From Candidatus Bathyarchaeota archaeon (GTDB taxonomy: Archaea; Thermoproteota; Bathyarchaeia; Bathyarchaeales; Bathycorpusculaceae), in NCBI GenBank assembly GCA_963833575.1, contig CAWHXY010000006.1, positions 160,001 through 224,000 of the forward strand: a DNA stretch of 64,000 nt. Reading direction: 5' to 3'. Below the pieces are notes generated by a model. It made no database searches. It was not told the origin of the DNA and saw only the letters and a list, made by a program, of their open reading frames with translations. A program made the position numbers and the translations under genes. Below, piece by piece: positions 19,064 through 29,500 of this stretch. Positions within the stretch are counted from its first letter, which is position 1, and each line of letters opens with the position of its first letter.

Positions 19064-20023
19064 TTAGAATCCTAAGGATCCAGCTAATACCTTAGGGTTA
19101 ATTTGTCCTGCGGTGAATGAGTTGCCGGTTTTAGCATTGTTTATGATTAGGGCTGCTGGAGCAAATAAGCCGTGGTCGATTTTGTAGAAGTCGCGGTCTG
19201 CTTCACGGAAAATCTGGAGGAAAGGTTTCCCATAGTCCTTTGAGGCTTTAGAAGGAGCTTGCTCTACAATCTTCTGCAGGCTTGCTTCGTCATCGTATTC
19301 GACAGTGCAGTATACAGTTCCGCCATATAGAATTGCATCGTTGGTGCGTGCCATTGCTACTTCAAAATCTTTGCCCATAGGCGGAATTGGAGCGTAACCT
19401 AATGCATATCGAATCACATTGGGGCTTAGCCCTAGTGTTCGTAGTTTGTGAATGCCAACTTCTACAACTCTGCCAGCAACTTGAGTTAAACCTGCGATGC
19501 TTGCGGTTGGAGCAACGGCGACAATCAGATTCTCGGCTTTGATGTTACTTGCAGTCGTTACTTTCTCAATAAGAGCGTCAGAAGGCAAAACATTGCTTTC
19601 TAAAGTAAGAACTGCCTTGTCACTTGCGTCTTTGTAGCCGATTTCTTCGAAAACATCTTTAGGCTTCAACGCCAGAGCACGAACGGGACCAGAGCCGATG
19701 GCTATTGAATCGCCATCTTTGATACGCCAGCCAGCAAACTGCGAACCCAAAGCGGCAATCGCAGGGTGATCTGTGCTAACGGTTATTGACGGGAAAGCTA
19801 CTTCTCCGTATGTTTTGAATCCTAGTTGGGCTTTTCCCGCTCCGCCCATGCATAATTCAGTGAGTTTTTTACCTGCTTGAAAACCGCCTGGAGCTTTTAC
19901 ACCTAAATCAATGATTATAGCTCCCGCAGTTGATTTTGAGATAGCTACGCCGTAAAATTCTTGGTTATCGATGAATTTTTGGGCTATTTTCCAAGCCATT
20001 TGGTTTACGCTTAAAGTCCCCAT
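19064..20023 (-). CDS. mch: Methenyl-tetrahydromethanopterin cyclohydrolase
   Basis: LSVN, ELCMGG, GSQFAGW, GSGP.RALA, APTASIAG..QV..RVVE, AMARTND.ILYGG, FYKID..LFAPA. Confidence 0.96.
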   Translation of the reverse strand: MGTLSVNQMAWKIAQKFIDNQEFYGVAISKSTAGAIIIDLGVKAPGGFQAGKKLTELCMGGAGKAQLGFKTYGEVAFPSITVSTDHPAIAALGSQFAGWRIKDGDSIAIGSGPVRALALKPKDVFEEIGYKDASDKAVLTLESNVLPSDALIEKVTTASNIKAENLIVAVAPTASIAGLTQVAGRVVEVGIHKLRTLGLSPNVIRYALGYAPIPPMGKDFEVAMARTNDAILYGGTVYCTVEYDDEASLQKIVEQAPSKASKDYGKPFLQIFREADRDFYKIDHGLFAPAALIINNAKTGNSFTAGQINPKVLAGSLGF

Positions 20024-20063
20024 GATTTGTCACTTCAAGTATGCGTATTCTTGATGGGCTTTT

Positions 20064-20600
20064 TCATATTAACTTAGCGCTGCTTGACTGCTTTAACTTG
20101 TGATAAGCACTCACTATTTTACTTTTAAGAAAACCAAGAACGGTAGGGGTAAAGATAGAAAGCGTAGCCAAAAGGAAGTTAAGTGGATAGACTGTGGGGT
20201 ACTCGAAAAGATTGCCGCCCCATGACCCGGCAATATTTAGCAGGCCACCTGACAACTGAAAAAGCGTCCAAATAGCAGTTTGCAGCCAAGCACCCTTAAG
20301 ACGAGCAACGTACTTTTCCCGTCCCTCGAGAGTCTTACCCTTGATACTGATAAAAAAGATTTCACCCGCAACTGCGCCTGCACCCCCAGGAAAAAAAGCA
20401 TTCACAAGAATTTTCTCAACTAAGTTACCGGGAATATAGTAGCCAATCCAGGGAGTTTGAAGCAAGCTTAGCACGGGTAGGATAACGTTGCCAGTTGCTA
20501 GCCGAATCGCAGCAGGGATAGCATAAATAATAGCGCAGGAGATCTCCCAAACCCAAAACCTCCTGTTTCTGAACAAATTTGATAAGGCTTTCGAATACAT
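20064..20600 (-). CDS. Hypothetical membrane protein
   Basis: 4-5 hydrophobic segments; co-oriented between citG-like and mch. Confidence 0.6.
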   Translation of the reverse strand: MYSKALSNLFRNRRFWVWEISCAIIYAIPAAIRLATGNVILPVLSLLQTPWIGYYIPGNLVEKILVNAFFPGGAGAVAGEIFFISIKGKTLEGREKYVARLKGAWLQTAIWTLFQLSGGLLNIAGSWGGNLFEYPTVYPLNFLLATLSIFTPTVLGFLKSKIVSAYHKLKQSSSAKLI

Positions 20601-20660
20601 AGACTTTTAGACTAACCTGAAATGTTTTAATTCTTTCCCAAACATGAGGCGTTAGCTTAT

Positions 20661-21608
20661 TTACGGTCTGTATCCGCAAAGAGTGCAGAGAGCCAGCGCT
20701 GAAGCTGTTAAGTCCGCAGTAGTTCCTGGATTGCACTTATTTTGGGTCGACCGCAGCTTCAAATCAAACTGCTTGAAGCTTTTTCTACCCTTTTCGGTTT
20801 CTAACCCGCCCAGCTCCAAAACAGCCTTAGCGTCGGATGACACTTTCCCTGCTTTTTCTTTGCCGACTTTCCGAGCTATGAAGGTGTCTGGGTGTTCTGA
20901 CAGGATTTTTAGGAAGGTGTGGACGACCGCCGTGTTTAACGGTTTACTTTTTAGTTGCTCAATCAAATATGGATACGCTAAGTCGAAAGTTATCGGATAA
21001 TTATTTGCCCATTCTGAACATATGTCGTCGTATGCTGCGGCTAATTTGAAAACATCAAATAACGTAATATTTTCTTTTATCAAGCGGTCTTTGGAGTGCG
21101 GGTCATTAACATCAAGATCAGGCGCTTCGTTGAGACCACTTGGGTTGGCGATGCCCACTGCTTCATACAGATGCACTGAATCCCACGCTGTGGTTGATTT
21201 AACTACCAGATCAATATTCTTACGCAAAAGAGAAAAATCCAAAGAATAATCGGGATCATTCGATGTCATGCCAGCGGCAACAGCAATAGGTACAAAAAGC
21301 ATTATGGTACCCAAAATCGTGTTTCCACCCCTTTGCCAAGCGTTAACATCACGAGAGCATGTTTTTATGAGCTGCCCCAACCCCACTTCGCTGACAGCAA
21401 GTTTATTTTCTGCAACTGAAACCCCGCGGTAAGCCGCCTTCTGAAAGGTTGGTCCTGAAGCAACAGCAGAAGCCAAGAAATGCTGGCAAATTGTTCCTTC
21501 AAAGCTCGAGGTCAAGTTAACATTGCCCGGTTTTTCCGCGCTAACCTCAAGCAGAATCGCCAACTCTAAACATTTAGAAATATGTTGAGCTTTCTCTTGG
21601 TTACTCAT
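20661..21608 (-). CDS. citG: CitG/MdcB-family triphosphoribosyl-dephospho-CoA synthase-like protein
   Basis: LEVSAEKPGNV, NTILG.I.L..P, PDTFIARK.G, NPGTTADL. Confidence 0.88.
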   Translation of the reverse strand: MSNQEKAQHISKCLELAILLEVSAEKPGNVNLTSSFEGTICQHFLASAVASGPTFQKAAYRGVSVAENKLAVSEVGLGQLIKTCSRDVNAWQRGGNTILGTIMLFVPIAVAAGMTSNDPDYSLDFSLLRKNIDLVVKSTTAWDSVHLYEAVGIANPSGLNEAPDLDVNDPHSKDRLIKENITLFDVFKLAAAYDDICSEWANNYPITFDLAYPYLIEQLKSKPLNTAVVHTFLKILSEHPDTFIARKVGKEKAGKVSSDAKAVLELGGLETEKGRKSFKQFDLKLRSTQNKCNPGTTADLTASALALCTLCGYRP

Positions 21609-21697
21609 TAGTACACCGACCTTAAGTGGAGCAAAAAAGGTTTATTAAAGTTATTAAAAACCTACAAGCAGACATACAACCAAACGGTGAAGATTTG

Positions 21698-22717
21698 ATG
21701 AGAGCACGTGAAGGCGATTTAATCAAGACAAAAAGCAACGTTGTTTTTGACGTAAAAGGATTAGTGCATCCAGCGGACAAGATTATTGCGTTTCCACGCT
21801 TCATACCCTCGTCAACCGGCACCAGGCAAGGCAAAGACGCAACATATGGCAAAGTCTACAGCCTCGGTGACAGATTCAAGTACCTGCAAGGAAACCACCC
21901 TGACCTAATAGTATTTGACCCTGTATTTGGAGAAACAATGTGTGAAGTCCCAGTTGCACAAGTGGCTGAGCACTACAAGCCTGAAGAAAAGCTTTGGGTG
22001 CTACGTACCTCAAAGGACCTGACAGTGTTAGAGGATAAAGCTTTGCTATTAGCTCAAACGCTGAAAGCAGAAGCAAACATTCCATGGAGCAACATTGGCA
22101 TTTCAGGCTCGATAATGGCTGAGTTAACAACAGAAAAATCCGACATAGACCCATTAGTCTACGGAATAGAGAACTGCCGAAAAGCCTACGCTGCCCTGCA
22201 AAAGCTGCTAATAAAAGAGGATTCAGGCTTCAACCCATACACACAAACGGAATTGCGGGAGCTATTCGACTTCCGTTCGAAAGACACCCAGATGAGCTTC
22301 GAAGACTTCGTTTTAGTCGAAAGCCGCAAGGCATTTCAAGGCAAGTTCATGGGTACCGACTATTTCATCCGTTTCGTGAAAGACTGGAAGGAAATAAGCG
22401 AGCAGTATGGCGACGTGTGCTTCAAAAACAATGGCTACGCCAAAGTAACAGCCAAAATAGCTGACAGCACAGACTCACTTTTAACGCCGTGCACTTACAA
22501 GTTGAAAGAAGTCTATGTTGTTGAAGGACCCAAGTTGCAGCCAATACAGGAGATTGTTTCGTTCCGCGGAAGGTTCTGTGAACAAGCGGCAAACGGCGAA
22601 GATATTGAGGCACAAGGCAAAGTTGAATTGGTAACCAACAAAAAAAGCAGCGACGAATACTACCGTTTGATACTGGGTAATAAGCCGTCGGATTACATGG
22701 TTCTTTCACACATTTAG
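21698..22717 (+). CDS. Pol-beta-superfamily nucleotidyltransferase (COG1665-like), paralog 1
   Basis: FDVKG..HP, GISGS, SDID, SFRGRF.EQA..GE..EA.GK.E; GGTGA RBS before ATG 21698. Confidence 0.78.
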   Translation: MRAREGDLIKTKSNVVFDVKGLVHPADKIIAFPRFIPSSTGTRQGKDATYGKVYSLGDRFKYLQGNHPDLIVFDPVFGETMCEVPVAQVAEHYKPEEKLWVLRTSKDLTVLEDKALLLAQTLKAEANIPWSNIGISGSIMAELTTEKSDIDPLVYGIENCRKAYAALQKLLIKEDSGFNPYTQTELRELFDFRSKDTQMSFEDFVLVESRKAFQGKFMGTDYFIRFVKDWKEISEQYGDVCFKNNGYAKVTAKIADSTDSLLTPCTYKLKEVYVVEGPKLQPIQEIVSFRGRFCEQAANGEDIEAQGKVELVTNKKSSDEYYRLILGNKPSDYMVLSHI

Positions 22718-23784
22718 TGTAGCACTTTCAAGACTTGCTCATAATATCGGGGGCAATAAGTCAGCGTAACCTGATAGAAGATTTCAGTTGACGAGGTCAC
22801 TTCTTCCAAGTTGCCCTCAACAATAACTTCCTCATCCTTTTGCGCCTGTTGACGGAATTCTTCCATAAAAGAGAACACACGCCTTGCCTCAAGGCCTTCC
22901 TTTGGCCCACTCATGACCTCCAGAGGCTCGATACCGTAAATTGACGGAATAAACGACGACTCATCGTCGGCTATTATTCGAGCTTTAAGTTTAACCCAGC
23001 CCCTCCGCGTTATGCAAGTCCGCGGGTTATACTCAGATTGAATTTCGTTCCAAGCCTTCACGGGCTCAAACTCCGCTTTTATCGTCCTGCCGCTGGCTTT
23101 ATCATCATATAAACCGTAGATTTGTTTTCGGCGTTGATGCCAAATGAAGTCTGGGACGGTAAAGTTTACGAATCGCCAATCTTTTCCTGCCATCGCTTGA
23201 TTTGACTGGAACTCGTTATGCAAACCTGACTGCTTATCTGCGTATAAGGCTTGAAGTGTTTCTCGCATTTTTGCGTTTTCGGGTTTACCGTAAACTATGA
23301 AGTCGATGTCTGAAAACTTTGGATGATAAAAGCCATGGAGCATAGAGCCGAAGACGCCAAAGTTCTCTGTATTTAAGCCTGAATTGCTAAGCGAAATCAT
23401 TAGAACACGCTCCATTGCCGCTAGCAACTCGTCTGTTGGTCCAGCCTTAAGCAAGAGCGTTAGTCGCTCTTCAGGTTTTCTTGCTTCAGCGACAGCGTTA
23501 TCTTTAACGCCGACGAGATTTAGCCCAAGCATTTCATGAAAAATAAGGTATTGAGGATATTTTTTTGCGACTAACTTCATGCCTTCGTCGTTATAGAATT
23601 TGTAATAGAGTTCTTTTTTGCCTGTTCTTGGCGCTCGCGGGTCATTTGATTTGAAAATGTTGCTTGATGCATATTCAGCGTCGCATATGTATGCGCTTGA
23701 TGGATGGGAGTAGCCGAAGACACGGAAGATTAAACCTTCGCTTGTTTCTACGGCATCGCGATCGCGTAGCTTCAAGTTGGCCAA
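22714..23784 (-). CDS. Pol-beta-superfamily nucleotidyltransferase (COG1665-like), paralog 2
   Basis: [37 protein letters not shown]. Confidence 0.78.
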   Translation of the reverse strand: MANLKLRDRDAVETSEGLIFRVFGYSHPSSAYICDAEYASSNIFKSNDPRAPRTGKKELYYKFYNDEGMKLVAKKYPQYLIFHEMLGLNLVGVKDNAVAEARKPEERLTLLLKAGPTDELLAAMERVLMISLSNSGLNTENFGVFGSMLHGFYHPKFSDIDFIVYGKPENAKMRETLQALYADKQSGLHNEFQSNQAMAGKDWRFVNFTVPDFIWHQRRKQIYGLYDDKASGRTIKAEFEPVKAWNEIQSEYNPRTCITRRGWVKLKARIIADDESSFIPSIYGIEPLEVMSGPKEGLEARRVFSFMEEFRQQAQKDEEVIVEGNLEEVTSSTEIFYQVTLTYCPRYYEQVLKVLH

Positions 23785-24803
23785 ACGTATTCTTCCTCAG
23801 ACGTTGCTGTTCCAACGACAACTTGATAGAATACTTCATTTGAACTCGTTGACTCGACCCTTTCGAGTTTGCCTGCGACTTTGATTTCGCTTCCTGCCCT
23901 TGCAATGTTTCGGTAGCAACCGATATTTGATACAACCTGAACGGGAATCTTGTCCAAATCAAGTTCTGATTGGTCATCTTGGGGTTTGTAACCTGATATT
24001 TTGTAAATTGCTGGGCGATACATGGTTTCCGTGTCTTCGCAAACTGTGGCAAAGAACCGGACGGCGTCAAGCGGTACGTAATTGTAAGCTCCATATTTTT
24101 CTTTGACTTGCTCGGGCCTCTTAGTTGCGTTATACATGAAGATTTTGCCCATATATTTTCCTTGAAATTTTCTGGCTGCTTCCAAGCGGTTACCAATTAT
24201 GTAGCTTAGTTTGGCAGTGTTAACCAGCCTTGCTATGGCTTCTTCTACTAAGCGGAAATTTTCTGTGCCGTAAATAACAAAATCTATATCCGATTCTGGC
24301 GCATGCATGTTTAAGGCAATGGAACCATGAACTCCAAAGTCTTCTAAGGGAACATTTGATTCTTTGGAAATTAAACAAATAAGATCCAGTGCCATTTGCT
24401 GAAGTTTGTCGCGTTTTGGCAAGTTTTGCAGCCATACCAAGCGGTCTTTAGGTACAAACACCTGCTCTATTCGGTCAAGAGGTGCAGTGATAAGTTCCTT
24501 ATTTCGGTAGGAGTCATAATAGAGGTAATCTGGAAAATTTGTGCGGAAGGCTTCAATAAAGGTCTGGTAATTTTTTGCTGTATAGAGCTTTTCTGCCCTG
24601 AAAAGCTGGTTCTCTCCAAACTTCCACGTTCGCTCCAACATTTCAACGTTAAAGAGCTCTTTGAATTTCGCTGGGATATATTTTAGGAAAGCGAATACTC
24701 GATCGTCTGGATGCTCATACCCAAAAGTATTGAGTATGAAACTATCTTTAGTAACAAAGGTGTCTCCATCCATTGGAACCCAAATATCTTCCGCCGTACA
24801 CAT
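23772..24803 (-). CDS. Pol-beta-superfamily nucleotidyltransferase (COG1665-like), paralog 3
   Basis: [37 protein letters not shown]; overlaps paralog 2. Confidence 0.78.
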   Translation of the reverse strand: MCTAEDIWVPMDGDTFVTKDSFILNTFGYEHPDDRVFAFLKYIPAKFKELFNVEMLERTWKFGENQLFRAEKLYTAKNYQTFIEAFRTNFPDYLYYDSYRNKELITAPLDRIEQVFVPKDRLVWLQNLPKRDKLQQMALDLICLISKESNVPLEDFGVHGSIALNMHAPESDIDFVIYGTENFRLVEEAIARLVNTAKLSYIIGNRLEAARKFQGKYMGKIFMYNATKRPEQVKEKYGAYNYVPLDAVRFFATVCEDTETMYRPAIYKISGYKPQDDQSELDLDKIPVQVVSNIGCYRNIARAGSEIKVAGKLERVESTSSNEVFYQVVVGTATSEEEYVWPT

Positions 24804-25046
24804 GCACCGCGTTTTAAAATAAATTGAAGATTAAAAAAGCTATTGCACCAAGGGATTCTGAAAATGATCAGTAATATTTTTGGACCAAATTTCTTGCTTC
24901 AGCATACTCTTGTTTGGAGCTGTCTGATTTTTCTTTGGTTAATTCGCTTTTCTGCTAAGAAAACATATATGACAAAACAGGGTTTCTGTTAACTAAACTG
25001 GTGAAGCAAGACGGCTATACCTAACACTGAAGAAAACAACAATGAA

Positions 25047-26153
25047 ATGGTTGTTACGCCATGGGAAGTAAAAGGCAAAGTAGACTACGATCGCCTGATC
25101 CGAGAATTCGGCACCCAACCATTGACACCTCAACTGCTTGAACGAGTAGAAAAACACACAGACAAACTACACTTACAACTGGAAAGAAAAATATTCTTCA
25201 GCCATCGAGACTTAGACACCGTCTTAGATCTTTGTGAAAAAGGTGTAAAATTCGTTCTTTACACAGGAAGAGGACCTTCAGGACCAGTTCACATTGGACA
25301 CTTGGTGCCCTGGATATTCACACTTCACATTCAACAAAAATTCAACACTAGGCTTTACTTCCAAATTACAGACGACGAAAAATACCTAATAAGCGATGAC
25401 GCTGACCTCAAAAAAACAAGCAAATATGCCTATGAAAACGCCTTAGACCTAATTGCTTTAGGTTTTAAACCAGAAAATACCTTCATCATTTACGATACCA
25501 AAGACATCGATCTACTTTATGACATCACACTCGAAGTAGCCAAGCGAATAACTTATAGCACCGCACGTAGCAGCTTTGGCTTTCAAGACAGCACCAACAT
25601 AGGTTGGGTTTTCTGGCCAGCCATTCAAGCCGCACCATGCTTTATTCACAAAAAACTCACTGGCGAAAACGTCCCAGCACTTATCCCAGCCGCCATCGAC
25701 CAAGACCCATACTGGCGAGTAACTCGAGACGTGGCACAAAAACTCGGCTACTACAAACCCGCCCAAATCCATTGCCGCTTCTTGCCAGGCTTGGGCGCAG
25801 GAGGAAAAATGAGCGCCTCTATGCCCGAAACCAGCATATTTACTATTGACCCGCCAGATGTGGTGAAAAAGAAAATTTGGAACGCTTTCACAGGTGGAAA
25901 AGGCACTGCTGCCGAGCAACGGAAAACAGGAGCTGACCCAACGATCTGCAGTATTTTCCAATATTACTTCTTCCTCTTCGAAGAAGAAAGCAGCAAACTT
26001 GCTGAACGCGAACGCAAGTGTCGAGGCGGCGAAATGCTTTGCGGTGAGTGCAAGAAAGACATTGCGGAAAAACTTAACAAGTTTCTAGAACAACACAGAG
26101 AACGCAGAGAAAAAGCGAAAGACGTTATCGAACAATATCATATAAAACGATAG
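25047..26153 (+). CDS. trpS: Tryptophanyl-tRNA synthetase
   Basis: VTPWEV, YTGRGPS, HIGH, IDQDPY, KMSAS. Confidence 0.97.
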   Translation: MVVTPWEVKGKVDYDRLIREFGTQPLTPQLLERVEKHTDKLHLQLERKIFFSHRDLDTVLDLCEKGVKFVLYTGRGPSGPVHIGHLVPWIFTLHIQQKFNTRLYFQITDDEKYLISDDADLKKTSKYAYENALDLIALGFKPENTFIIYDTKDIDLLYDITLEVAKRITYSTARSSFGFQDSTNIGWVFWPAIQAAPCFIHKKLTGENVPALIPAAIDQDPYWRVTRDVAQKLGYYKPAQIHCRFLPGLGAGGKMSASMPETSIFTIDPPDVVKKKIWNAFTGGKGTAAEQRKTGADPTICSIFQYYFFLFEEESSKLAERERKCRGGEMLCGECKKDIAEKLNKFLEQHRERREKAKDVIEQYHIKR

Positions 26154-26248
26154 ACAGTATAAGAAATTTTTTTAAACTAATATGCTTAAAAATCGGTCAA
26201 AGAAAGAGAAATAAGCCAAAGTGACACCACAAATATGGATTAGAATAG

Positions 26249-26809
26249 GTGATTTATGTGTCAGCAAAAACCCAAATCAACATAACTACAGCTACAAGGC
26301 TACTTCATCCGATGCACACTGTCCTTATTTCGTGTGTTGGAAAAGCAGGTAAACCCAACATTACAACCTGTGCTTGGGTTATGCCAACCTCAATGAATCC
26401 GCCGCTTGTAGCAATCAGCCTTGCGCCCACTCGTCACTCCCGTCTGCTAATTGAAGAGTCAGGGGAATTCATAGTTAACATTCCAACAATGGAAATACTT
26501 CAGGCAGTTTATGCGTGCGGCTCGTTAACGGGGCGAAGCTTTGACAAATTCAAAAAAACAAATTTAACACCCATGCCGGCCAAAAAAGTTAAAGCGCCAG
26601 CAATCCGCGAATGCATAGCTCATTTAGAATGCGCCGTAGAAAGTAAATGCGCTACAGGCGACCACACCATTTTTGTGGGTAAGATCCTTGAAGCCTACGC
26701 TGACATGGGCGTTTTCACGGAAAGTTATGATTTAAAAAAGGCCCGAATGTTATATCATGTAGGCGGCAACAATTTTGCATTGCTAGATCCCAAACTCTAC
26801 AAATCCTGA
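26249..26809 (+). CDS. Flavin reductase-like FMN-binding protein
   Basis: PN....AW..P.S..PP, GEF.VNIP, DKF, P.I.EC..HLEC, GDHTIFVG. Confidence 0.9.
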   Translation: MIYVSAKTQINITTATRLLHPMHTVLISCVGKAGKPNITTCAWVMPTSMNPPLVAISLAPTRHSRLLIEESGEFIVNIPTMEILQAVYACGSLTGRSFDKFKKTNLTPMPAKKVKAPAIRECIAHLECAVESKCATGDHTIFVGKILEAYADMGVFTESYDLKKARMLYHVGGNNFALLDPKLYKS

Positions 26810-26911
26810 GTACCTGATTAATGCTTGATATGTAATGGGATTAAAGCTGCTTTCCAAAGTTGATATCGGAATAGCTGTTGAACGGATCGGTTGGGGACGA
26901 AAATTAACAGG

Positions 26912-27448
26912 TTAATTAACCGGTAAGGTTATAGTTTGTGTGTTGCTCCAAGCACTTCTTCCAGTCTCATTAAAAACGCTGAATTCTGGAAGCCTCCAGC
27001 ATGGGGGGTTTTGTGATGTTAATTTTGTGTAAAATCCATCAATTCCCAACACTTGAATATCAACTTGTCCACTGGTAGTGATGTTACCTATCCAAATGCT
27101 CCAGCCGCCGGGGTCTGGATTAACCTTGCCAAGACCAAATTTTACAATTGTATTATCCGTAGTCGAAGGGGCTAGGTTTGGAGTCAGGAGGCCAGTTGTC
27201 CACCCCTGTGAGTGGTCTTTTATGCGAATGTTATAATATAGTTTAACCACGCTTTCATTTACAACTGCGTAGACTGAGGGGTTTGGATTCTTGATCACGA
27301 CGTCGACAAACTTTATTTCCACATGAAAAGTTCCAGTCGCATTCACTACGTCATGGGACCGATCCTCTATCTTCAAAGTGAACTCTGGAACAGAAGGGCT
27401 AATTTGTGTTTGCGCAGTTCTAATCAGGAAGAAACTCGATGTCAACAT
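26912..27448 (-). CDS. Secreted beta-sandwich (FN3/Ig-like) protein, lineage-expanded family
   Basis: PSVPEFTL, LYYNIR.KDH, GQVDIQV, SAWSNTQTIT shared with 27602..28429. Confidence 0.6.
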   Translation of the reverse strand: MLTSSFFLIRTAQTQISPSVPEFTLKIEDRSHDVVNATGTFHVEIKFVDVVIKNPNPSVYAVVNESVVKLYYNIRIKDHSQGWTTGLLTPNLAPSTTDNTIVKFGLGKVNPDPGGWSIWIGNITTSGQVDIQVLGIDGFYTKLTSQNPPCWRLPEFSVFNETGRSAWSNTQTITLPVN

Positions 27449-27601
27449 GACGAAAATAAGTAACAGGCTAACTTTGGTTCGCGTGCCAACTATTCAATTA
27501 ATGTTTAGATAAAAGCTTCTTGGTCAAGAAAGTTTGACTTAGAGTCAGTCAAGAAATCTTTACTGGAAGCTTTTTACCCCGATTGGGGTCGAGAATAAGG
27601 T

Positions 27602-28429
27602 ATGAAGCATAGCAAGACTTGTGCAATACTGATAATTCTCATATTATCCTTCTCAATGATATTGTTAGTTTTTAATCCAGGCGTTTTGGCGGATTCTAAC
27701 CCGTCTGTGCCACAATTCACCTTGCAGTATGTCGACCATTCGTATGATATTCCTCCGACTTACGGAACAGACCCTTACACTGGGAACACTATTATGAAAA
27801 CTTACGGTAGCCACGTTGATAACCGAACGATTGATGTTACGATTATGAATCAGCCGTTCACACCGTACAAGGACTCAAGTAACAATACTATCCAATTATA
27901 TTATAATGTTCGTTCTAAGGGGCACTTTGAAGAGTGGAATGGGGATTCTGACTTTGGCAGTCACAGCGTGCGCGGTCTTCAGGCTTCCAGTTCAACTTAT
28001 ACGGTGATATCATTTGACATTCAATACTGGGGTGTAAGTGCAGGTGGTCAAATCGATTTTCAAGTAGAAGCGATTACAGGTTATGCCTACTATGATGCTT
28101 CAGCTTGTGGTACGAACTATCAGACAACAGTCGGGAACAGCGGATGGAGCAGTACACAAACAATAACAATCGGCAACCCAGCCAATGTATCCTCTACGAC
28201 ACCGCCTATATCAACGCCAAACCTTCCAACTTTCAATCCGTACAATCCAACCGTAACACCTTCGCCTTCACAAAACTCAACTTCAACCCCGATCCTGCCA
28301 GGTGCACAAACGGGTGGATTGTTTGGTTTTGACTGGGTGCAGACGGCTTTAATAGCTATGGCTATCGTGATTGTCGTTTTGGTGGTTGCCTTAGTTGCTG
28401 TTACGTGGCGTAAATCAGCCACCGAATAG
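27602..28429 (+). CDS. Secreted surface protein with P/S/T linker and C-terminal TM anchor
   Basis: Signal peptide; PSVPQFTL, LYYNVR.KGH, GQIDFQV, SGWSSTQTIT; C-terminal TM followed by RK. Confidence 0.7.
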   Translation: MKHSKTCAILIILILSFSMILLVFNPGVLADSNPSVPQFTLQYVDHSYDIPPTYGTDPYTGNTIMKTYGSHVDNRTIDVTIMNQPFTPYKDSSNNTIQLYYNVRSKGHFEEWNGDSDFGSHSVRGLQASSSTYTVISFDIQYWGVSAGGQIDFQVEAITGYAYYDASACGTNYQTTVGNSGWSSTQTITIGNPANVSSTTPPISTPNLPTFNPYNPTVTPSPSQNSTSTPILPGAQTGGLFGFDWVQTALIAMAIVIVVLVVALVAVTWRKSATE

Positions 28430-28597
28430 ATTGCTGCTCAAAATAAAGTGGTTGACCCCTGCGTTCTTTCAACCCACCAAAGGATAGAAACGCTGAAAGA
28501 AGCCATAAATTGCTTTTGCAGTAAATTTACGGAAAGCTGTGGTTATGCATTTAAGCAAGTAGGGTGTAATCCAAATTTGTATAGTCAGTGATTTGCT

Positions 28598-29500
28598 ATG
28601 TCGTACGACAAAGAAGAACTAGAGAAATTCCGTTTATCTGGAAAAATTCTTCGGGAAACAAGAGAGGAAATGAGAACTCAAGTCAAAGAAAACATGCCAA
28701 TTATCAATGTTTGTGAAAAAGTTGAAAGATTAATCCGCTCTAAAGGAGGCAAACCAGCTTTCCCATGCAACGTGAGCATCAACGAAGTAGCTGCACACTA
28801 CACCTCACCACCAGGAGATGTATCAAAGATACCTGAAGGGTGCACTGTTAAAGTTGACTTAGGTGTCCATGTCGACGGCTACGTGACCGATACCGCATTC
28901 ACAGTAAGTTTTAATTCTGAGGGCAGAAGCATGACAAATACTGCTGAACTGGCTCTAAAGACAGCTCTTGAGAATATCCACGGCGACATGGCGCTTGGTA
29001 AGATCGGTAGCTTAATCGAGACAACAATAAAGAACCGCGGGTTCAAACCTATTTCAAATCTGTGTGGGCATTCGGTTGGAAGATATTTAATTCATGCGGG
29101 ATTATCCATCCCAAACGTCTCACAAGTGTCAATTTCTAAAGTGAAAACTGGTGAAGTTTATGCAATAGAGCCGTTTGTTACTTTACCTGAAGCGGTCGGT
29201 CGAGTTGATGATAGCCCCCAAATAACCATTTACCGCTTACTTAAAACAAAATCTGTAAAAAGCGAATCTGCCAAGAAACTACTCAAGTACATAGAGGCTA
29301 ATTTCAGAACTCTGCCATTCGCTGAACGATGGCTAATCGGCGTGGTACCTAACGAACAACACAAAATAGCTTTTAAAGAGCTGCTTGCATCAAAAGCCGT
29401 TATGGGTTATCCAGTGTTTGTTGAAGTAAGCAAAAAACCCGTTGCTCAAGCTGAGCATACGGTGCTCCTAAAGGATGATGGTTGTGAAGTCTTAACTTAG
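28598..29500 (+). CDS. map: Type 2 methionine aminopeptidase
   Basis: AFPCNVSINEVAAHY, KVDLGVHVDGY..DTA, NLCGH, AIEPF, QAEHT. Confidence 0.96.
   Translation: MSYDKEELEKFRLSGKILRETREEMRTQVKENMPIINVCEKVERLIRSKGGKPAFPCNVSINEVAAHYTSPPGDVSKIPEGCTVKVDLGVHVDGYVTDTAFTVSFNSEGRSMTNTAELALKTALENIHGDMALGKIGSLIETTIKNRGFKPISNLCGHSVGRYLIHAGLSIPNVSQVSISKVKTGEVYAIEPFVTLPEAVGRVDDSPQITIYRLLKTKSVKSESAKKLLKYIEANFRTLPFAERWLIGVVPNEQHKIAFKELLASKAVMGYPVFVEVSKKPVAQAEHTVLLKDDGCEVLT

Noticed and set aside
19064-20023. Methanogenesis inferred from mch and hdrA
   Set aside because: No mcr or mtr genes are in the window; these genes also serve the archaeal Wood-Ljungdahl pathway
24853-24927. ATGATCA...CTGA possible C/D sRNA between the NTase and trpS
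   Set aside because: Box C is imperfect, and there are no clear internal boxes or guide
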